A stretch of DNA of 55,524 nucleotides, filler included, from Bacteriovoracaceae bacterium (lineage in GTDB: Bacteria > Bdellovibrionota > Bacteriovoracia > Bacteriovoracales > Bacteriovoracaceae): the NCBI GenBank assembly GCA_018649885.1. It is 3 parts of 3 records of this genome, joined end to end, with 100 filler letters (N's around TTAATTAATTAA, not from the genome) between each part and the next. Parts side by side here need not be neighbours in the genome. Positions count along the whole stretch, not along the records: positions 30,098 to 55,524 come from JABIHA010000055.1; 2 more parts are not named here. One strand, 5' to 3'. The translations under genes and the position numbers were made by a program. The notes beneath the pieces are model-generated. The model made no database searches and was not told the DNA's origin. It saw only the letters and a list, made by a program, of their open reading frames with translations. Positions 50,840 through 55,524 of this stretch are shown in pieces. Position 1 is the first letter of the stretch. Each line of letters starts with the position of its first letter.

Positions 50840-52000
50840 ATGAAAAAAAAATTAGATATATCATCAAAAATTATTCATGTCGGAGGCGAGCCAGATCCTA
50901 CAACTGGTGCAATTATGCCTCCTATTTTTCAAACTTCGACATATGTTCAAAGCTCGCCAGGAAAACACCAAGGCTATGAGTATAGCAGATGTCATAATCC
51001 TACAAGGACGAGACTAGAGGAATGCTTAGCCTCTTTAGAAAACGCAAAATACTCAATGGTTTTTGCATCGGGAATGGCGGCCACAACAATACTTCTTCAT
51101 GCACTCCCACAGGGCTCAGATATAGTTGTGGGTGATGACGTCTATGGTGGAACATATAGACTATTCACAACGATTTATGAAAAAATTCACAACTTTCATT
51201 TCATTGATACTACTGATCTTAAAAAAACTAGAGAAACAATTCGCAAGATAAAACCTCAGCTGGTTTGGATTGAATCTCCCACAAATCCAACTCTTAAAAT
51301 TACTGATATTGAAAAAGTTTGTAAAATTGGAAAAAACCATGGAGCCCTTACTCTTGTAGATAATACTTTTATGAGCCCCTACTTCCAAAGGCCTTTGGAC
51401 TTAGGTGCTGATATAGTTCTTCACAGCATGACAAAGTATATCAATGGTCACTCTGATGTTGTTGCAGGGGCTTTAATGTACAAAAGTAAAAAACTACACG
51501 ATAAACTCTTCTATCTACATAAATCAATGGGTCCAACGCTTTCTCCATTTGATTCATGGCTTGTGATTCGAGGCCTTAAAACACTTGCCGTCAGAATGGA
51601 GGCCCATGAAAGAAATGCCATGGAAGTTGCTGAGTTCCTTGAAAAAAACAAATATGTTGAAAAAACTATATATCCAGGTTTAAAAAGCCATCCCGGTCAC
51701 CTCATAGCAAAAAAACAAATGAGTGGTTTTGGCGGAATGGTGACATTCTACTTACAAGGTGGGATCAAAAACTCAAAAAAATTCCTGGAAAGTGTAGAGC
51801 TTTTCGCTCTTGCTGAAAGTCTAGGTGGCGTAGAATCACTAATTGAGCACCCGGCGATTATGACCCACGCTTCAGTCCCTGCTAAAAATAGAAAAGCACT
51901 GGGAATTGATGATAATCTTATTCGATTGAGTGTAGGAATTGAAAGCTCGAAAGATATAATCTCAGACTTAAAGCAAGCTTTTAAGAAAACATTTTCTTAA
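50840..52000 (+). CDS. Cystathionine gamma-lyase/synthase
   Basis: YSRCHNPT, ESPTNP, HSMTKYINGHSD, ESLGGVESL. Confidence 0.9.
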   Translation: MKKKLDISSKIIHVGGEPDPTTGAIMPPIFQTSTYVQSSPGKHQGYEYSRCHNPTRTRLEECLASLENAKYSMVFASGMAATTILLHALPQGSDIVVGDDVYGGTYRLFTTIYEKIHNFHFIDTTDLKKTRETIRKIKPQLVWIESPTNPTLKITDIEKVCKIGKNHGALTLVDNTFMSPYFQRPLDLGADIVLHSMTKYINGHSDVVAGALMYKSKKLHDKLFYLHKSMGPTLSPFDSWLVIRGLKTLAVRMEAHERNAMEVAEFLEKNKYVEKTIYPGLKSHPGHLIAKKQMSGFGGMVTFYLQGGIKNSKKFLESVELFALAESLGGVESLIEHPAIMTHASVPAKNRKALGIDDNLIRLSVGIESSKDIISDLKQAFKKTFS

Positions 52001-52605
52001 AAGTCAGCTTGCTCACCATCAGATCCACTTTCGTCAGAGTGTGAGGGATTTTCCGTTGGAGCGTAGTTGTTTTGTGACTCTTTAGGTAAGAGAGGCTCTG
52101 AGACGAATCGCTCCAATTTTTGAGGTTGAAATCGACTAAGCACAATTCCCTGCTTTAAATATTGCTCTAATAAAGTAAATACACAAAAAACCTTTCCGTG
52201 ATCAGTTGCAATTTGCTCCTTCTCACCTTCAGCAAAGATCAGTCCATCATTTTGGATCGTTTCCAAAATTCCATTAAGTTCTGTGCAGTATTCTCCAGAT
52301 TTTTCCACACCAAAGCAGTTAATTCTCTTTAGAACATCAACACCATTTTTTCCGGACTTGATATGAACAGGGGCCCGACATACATCAATTGCCCACTTCT
52401 TAGTAAAAATCTTCTTGTGTTCTATTGAAATATTGCACTTACTCTTACGCAGACTCAATTTCACATCAAGCAGTCCAAAGGGTTTCACCTTGTGTGATAC
52501 TTCCGTTTTGTATTCAGAATTCAAACAATCACTTAGTGTAAAGTTAGAATGCCCTAAACTTGGAAATAACAATAAAAAACTAATACTATACTTCAATAAA
52601 AACAT
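51997..52605 (-). CDS. Secreted Cys-containing hypothetical protein
   Basis: Signal peptide; 6 Cys. Confidence 0.7.
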   Translation of the reverse strand: MFLLKYSISFLLLFPSLGHSNFTLSDCLNSEYKTEVSHKVKPFGLLDVKLSLRKSKCNISIEHKKIFTKKWAIDVCRAPVHIKSGKNGVDVLKRINCFGVEKSGEYCTELNGILETIQNDGLIFAEGEKEQIATDHGKVFCVFTLLEQYLKQGIVLSRFQPQKLERFVSEPLLPKESQNNYAPTENPSHSDESGSDGEQADF

Positions 52606-53767
52606 TTTCTTCTACCTCTATTATTAACCCTGATGAATCAAAATCAAAAAAGCTATCTTCTCTATTTTTCGACAACTGAAAAAATAATTCATTAATTATC
52701 TCTGTTGGAGCCTTGCTACCTAATGAGTAAATATATTCATATAATTGCCTGCCCTCAATATGGTCACTACAATTTTTTCTAAAACCAGGAGAAACAATAA
52801 TTAGCCTATTCCCCCTTTCAAGCCGGCCGGTCATTTTTGACTTTTCCAAAAAACTAGGACAAAAGTCATAATGGTTGCCAAGAGTTAAAACATTTTCGTG
52901 AGTAGTTATTAGAAAATTTCCAAAAGTATATGATTCATAGCTTAGCTTAGAGAGATCAATTTTGAGTAGAACCATTGAAAGCTTATGCCCATCTTGAAAA
53001 GTATCCAATCCTGAATCTTTGAGTTCAGAATATAAATTCTGGATGAAATTTGTTAAATGGGACTCATCGATTTTTGATGTATCTTGCAGCATTGCAAAGT
53101 GGGATAACAATATACTAGATGTTAAATAACTCTGACACGAAGACATTAAAATTAATAATTTCCCACCAATTTTAATAGAGTCAAAAAATTCTCCTCCAGC
53201 ACTTGATCCTGCATTGTACTTTGATGCAATTTTCAGCCCTTTTAAATTTCCAAATCGTTTAGGAAGAAAATATTCATGGATTTTCTTTACTCGAAAAAGC
53301 TCTTTTTGAAGCTTAGTCATTAATGGAGAAATTTCGTCATCAATTTCTTGAAAGGAGTTAATTAATTGCTTTCCAGACCTTATCACATTTTTAATCACAT
53401 TTTTTTGCAACCCGGGTGGCCAATCAAAATCAATAATATTTAAAGAAAAAGGAATTCCACTAATTTTATCTGAGAAGATTGATTTAACCTCATCCTTTAG
53501 ACTGTCAATATCTGCAAACAAAAGTAATTTACTATCTTCAGTCACCAGATGTTTAATATCCTTAATAGAAGCAAAGTAGAGTTGCTCACTGATACAAAGA
53601 ATATCTATGGGTTTGTCTGAGTCTTCACATAATTTTATGGAGTTATAATGATCAACTTGTGTACCTTTTACTTCCTTACTAAGTAAATGACTTAGTTTAA
53701 TAAGACGCCCTTCAGGGTCAAAGAAAACTACCCTTATATTGCTAGCTCTATCTTTTTGATTATTCAT
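52586..53767 (-). CDS. Degenerate SpoIIE/PP2C-like protein with receiver-like N-terminus
   Basis: AGGEFFD in place of GGDFYD; SPG in place of TDG; DFDSS at the C-terminal DD position. Confidence 0.65.
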   Translation of the reverse strand: MNNQKDRASNIRVVFFDPEGRLIKLSHLLSKEVKGTQVDHYNSIKLCEDSDKPIDILCISEQLYFASIKDIKHLVTEDSKLLLFADIDSLKDEVKSIFSDKISGIPFSLNIIDFDWPPGLQKNVIKNVIRSGKQLINSFQEIDDEISPLMTKLQKELFRVKKIHEYFLPKRFGNLKGLKIASKYNAGSSAGGEFFDSIKIGGKLLILMSSCQSYLTSSILLSHFAMLQDTSKIDESHLTNFIQNLYSELKDSGLDTFQDGHKLSMVLLKIDLSKLSYESYTFGNFLITTHENVLTLGNHYDFCPSFLEKSKMTGRLERGNRLIIVSPGFRKNCSDHIEGRQLYEYIYSLGSKAPTEIINELFFQLSKNREDSFFDFDSSGLIIEVEENVFIEV

Positions 53768-53927
53768 GCAATGATTATATATACAATTTAGATAAGTGTA
53801 ATATCAATTACGACGTAGGCTCCAATATATATTCCCGACTAAAACCATCAGAGACCCCATAGGTTTTTCTTGCTGCAAGGAAAATAAAAAAGCCTCTATT
53901 TAAACTTCAATTCAATTTTTCCGAAAC

Positions 53928-54686
53928 ATGGAAAGAGATAGTCATACTCAAAGGATATTTGTGGCTAAAAAGAATAATGTATATCACATTCCCCAATTTC
54001 AAGCGACTCTAGGTCTTTTGACTTTGAATGAGCGGATAAACAAACTCGAGGATGTTCACAAACAAACATGTGAAATGGCGGCGAGAACTATTCTTAAAGC
54101 ACTAGATATGAAAGACCACTACACTTTTGGGCATAGCATGAGAGTTGCCTTTTATTCTCTTTTAATGGGTCGAGAAATTTATCTAAATGAGAATGATCTA
54201 TATAAGCTAGAGCTAGCAGCACTATTCCATGACATTGGAAAAATTGGAATCCCTGACAGCATTCTCCTTAAGCCTGAAAGATTGAATGAAGACGAATTTC
54301 AGATGATGAAAACACATCCTGAAAAATCAGCTGAAATATTAGATGGCTTTGAAGATTTTGAAGATGTAGCAAAAGTGGCCAAGCATCATCATGAAAGATT
54401 TGATGGAAGAGGTTACCCTAATGGCCTGAAAGGAAAAGATATACCAATGGGCTCAAGAATTATTCTCATTGCAGATACATTTGATGCCATGACCTCATCA
54501 AGACCTTATAGAAAAGGTTTAACTTACCAAACTGCGTTCGAAGAACTTAGAGAGTTTGGTGGAAGTCAGTTTGATGCCGACCTGGTGGAAGCTTTTATTC
54601 ATGCGATGACCGAAGAGCTAGCATCTGGAAATCAGACCTTTTTCCTCAAAATTATGGGTGAAGCATTCGAAAAAAATGCTGCCTAG
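53928..54686 (+). CDS. HD-GYP cyclic-dinucleotide phosphodiesterase
   Basis: GHSMRV, FHDIGK, HHERFDGRGYP, ADTFDAM, RPYR. Confidence 0.93.
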   Translation: MERDSHTQRIFVAKKNNVYHIPQFQATLGLLTLNERINKLEDVHKQTCEMAARTILKALDMKDHYTFGHSMRVAFYSLLMGREIYLNENDLYKLELAALFHDIGKIGIPDSILLKPERLNEDEFQMMKTHPEKSAEILDGFEDFEDVAKVAKHHHERFDGRGYPNGLKGKDIPMGSRIILIADTFDAMTSSRPYRKGLTYQTAFEELREFGGSQFDADLVEAFIHAMTEELASGNQTFFLKIMGEAFEKNAA

Positions 54687-54745
54687 TCTGAAAATTATTT
54701 AAACCCCTTTATAAATTATCTAAGATAGCCGAAAAATCATGAAAT

Positions 54746-55524
54746 ATGAAACTACTAGATGATTTAAAATCAAAATTTCTGAAAAAAAAATCTTCTTCAG
54801 AAGATGAAGATCTAGATATCGAGCTGGATGCAGAAGATGCATCCTCTGAACCAGGTGGAATGACAGAGCTTTCATTAGATGATCTTGATGATGAGTCTGA
54901 ACAAGATTACGGTGATGCCACAATCGAGGCCAGTGTTGATGATCTTTTGGCCAGTGATAATAGCGAGTCACCAGCTGATGAAGATCCTTCATTTGATGCT
55001 ACTGGTGAGGTTGAACTAGACCTTTCAACTGATCCAGATATTGATGCTCCAACAAAGAAATCAAAGCTATTAAATTTTTCTCTTCCCAAGTTTGGCAAAA
55101 GGGGAGGATCAGCAGGGGGTAAACCTCCAGCTTCATCAGCTGGCCTCAAGCAGAAAGTGTTTAGAGGTGTACTTTTCTCATTGATAGCCGTGGCGGGAGT
55201 CATGACTTATCTAAGTGAGAATGAGCCACCTGCTCCAGCTAAAAAGACAAAGACTGTAGTAAAAAATAAAAGGCGGAGGATTGGTAAAAAAGCTCCTGTG
55301 AAAAAACAAGCTCCCGCAAAAAAGATGGCAAAGAAGATTGCTCCTAGTAAAAAAATCAATATTGTGAAAAAGAGTGCTCCGGCCAAGGTCGCAAAAAAGC
55401 AAATAAAAAAAATGCCCACAAGCAAAGAAGAAAAAGAGATTCTGAATGTACTGGGTAGCCTAGGAAAAAGTGTGCCAAAGGGAGCCGCTCCCAAGAAGGT
55501 GCTGAAAAAGAAAATTGTAAAAAA
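54746..55524 (+). CDS. Membrane-anchored low-complexity protein, runs off the window end
   Basis: Open frame from MKLLDDLKSKF; Asp/Glu-rich N-terminus; TM helix (GVLFSLIAVAGVM); Lys/Pro/Ala-rich tail. Confidence 0.8.
   Translation, partial: MKLLDDLKSKFLKKKSSSEDEDLDIELDAEDASSEPGGMTELSLDDLDDESEQDYGDATIEASVDDLLASDNSESPADEDPSFDATGEVELDLSTDPDIDAPTKKSKLLNFSLPKFGKRGGSAGGKPPASSAGLKQKVFRGVLFSLIAVAGVMTYLSENEPPAPAKKTKTVVKNKRRRIGKKAPVKKQAPAKKMAKKIAPSKKINIVKKSAPAKVAKKQIKKMPTSKEEKEILNVLGSLGKSVPKGAAPKKVLKKKIVK

Noticed and set aside
1605..52627. Many 60-145-aa ORF-track entries overlapping well-supported genes
   Set aside because: Antisense or alternate-frame shadows without motifs or RBS.
54720..55494. 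Minus-strand ORFs near the window end
   Set aside because: Shadows of the open plus-strand gene starting at 54746.

Overview
The window is three assembly contigs joined by artificial 100-nt linkers (44 N + TTAATTAATTAA + 44 N, at 23942-24041 and 29998-30097), so adjacency across the linkers has no biological meaning. Contig 1 (1-23941) and contig 3 (30098-55524) look like core chromosome of one AT-rich Gram-negative bacterium, which I infer is Bdellovibrionota/Bacteriovoracaceae-like. Contig 1 carries an IS66 end, kdsB-pyrG-kdsA-kdsC, TolC, an H-NOX/kinase/receiver operon, purB-add, manC and a Flp/Tad pilus locus. Contig 3 carries tRNA-Leu, a degenerate HD-GYP gene paired with a giant repeat/coiled-coil protein, an opp ABC transporter, a TPR protein, and a PhaR-like/Get3-pair/GshA/CBS/CGL gene run. 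Contig 2 (24042-29997) looks foreign (NRPS start, rubredoxin, S51 peptidase, radical SAM, REP-like palindromes). It holds the strongest hidden signal: an integrase-less integron cassette array (CALIN) of five attC-like sites and four single-gene cassettes, including a HEPN-motif nuclease candidate and an HExxH peptidase candidate, with two internal attC sites apparently decayed. Signals absent from the ORF track include a 41-aa very basic antisense gene inside the Tad locus, the Flp pilin, a 35-aa ORF, a duplicated tRNA 5' end with a hairpin inserted at the D-loop, and a palindromic operator upstream of oppA. All calls come from motif reading by eye; no database searches were run.
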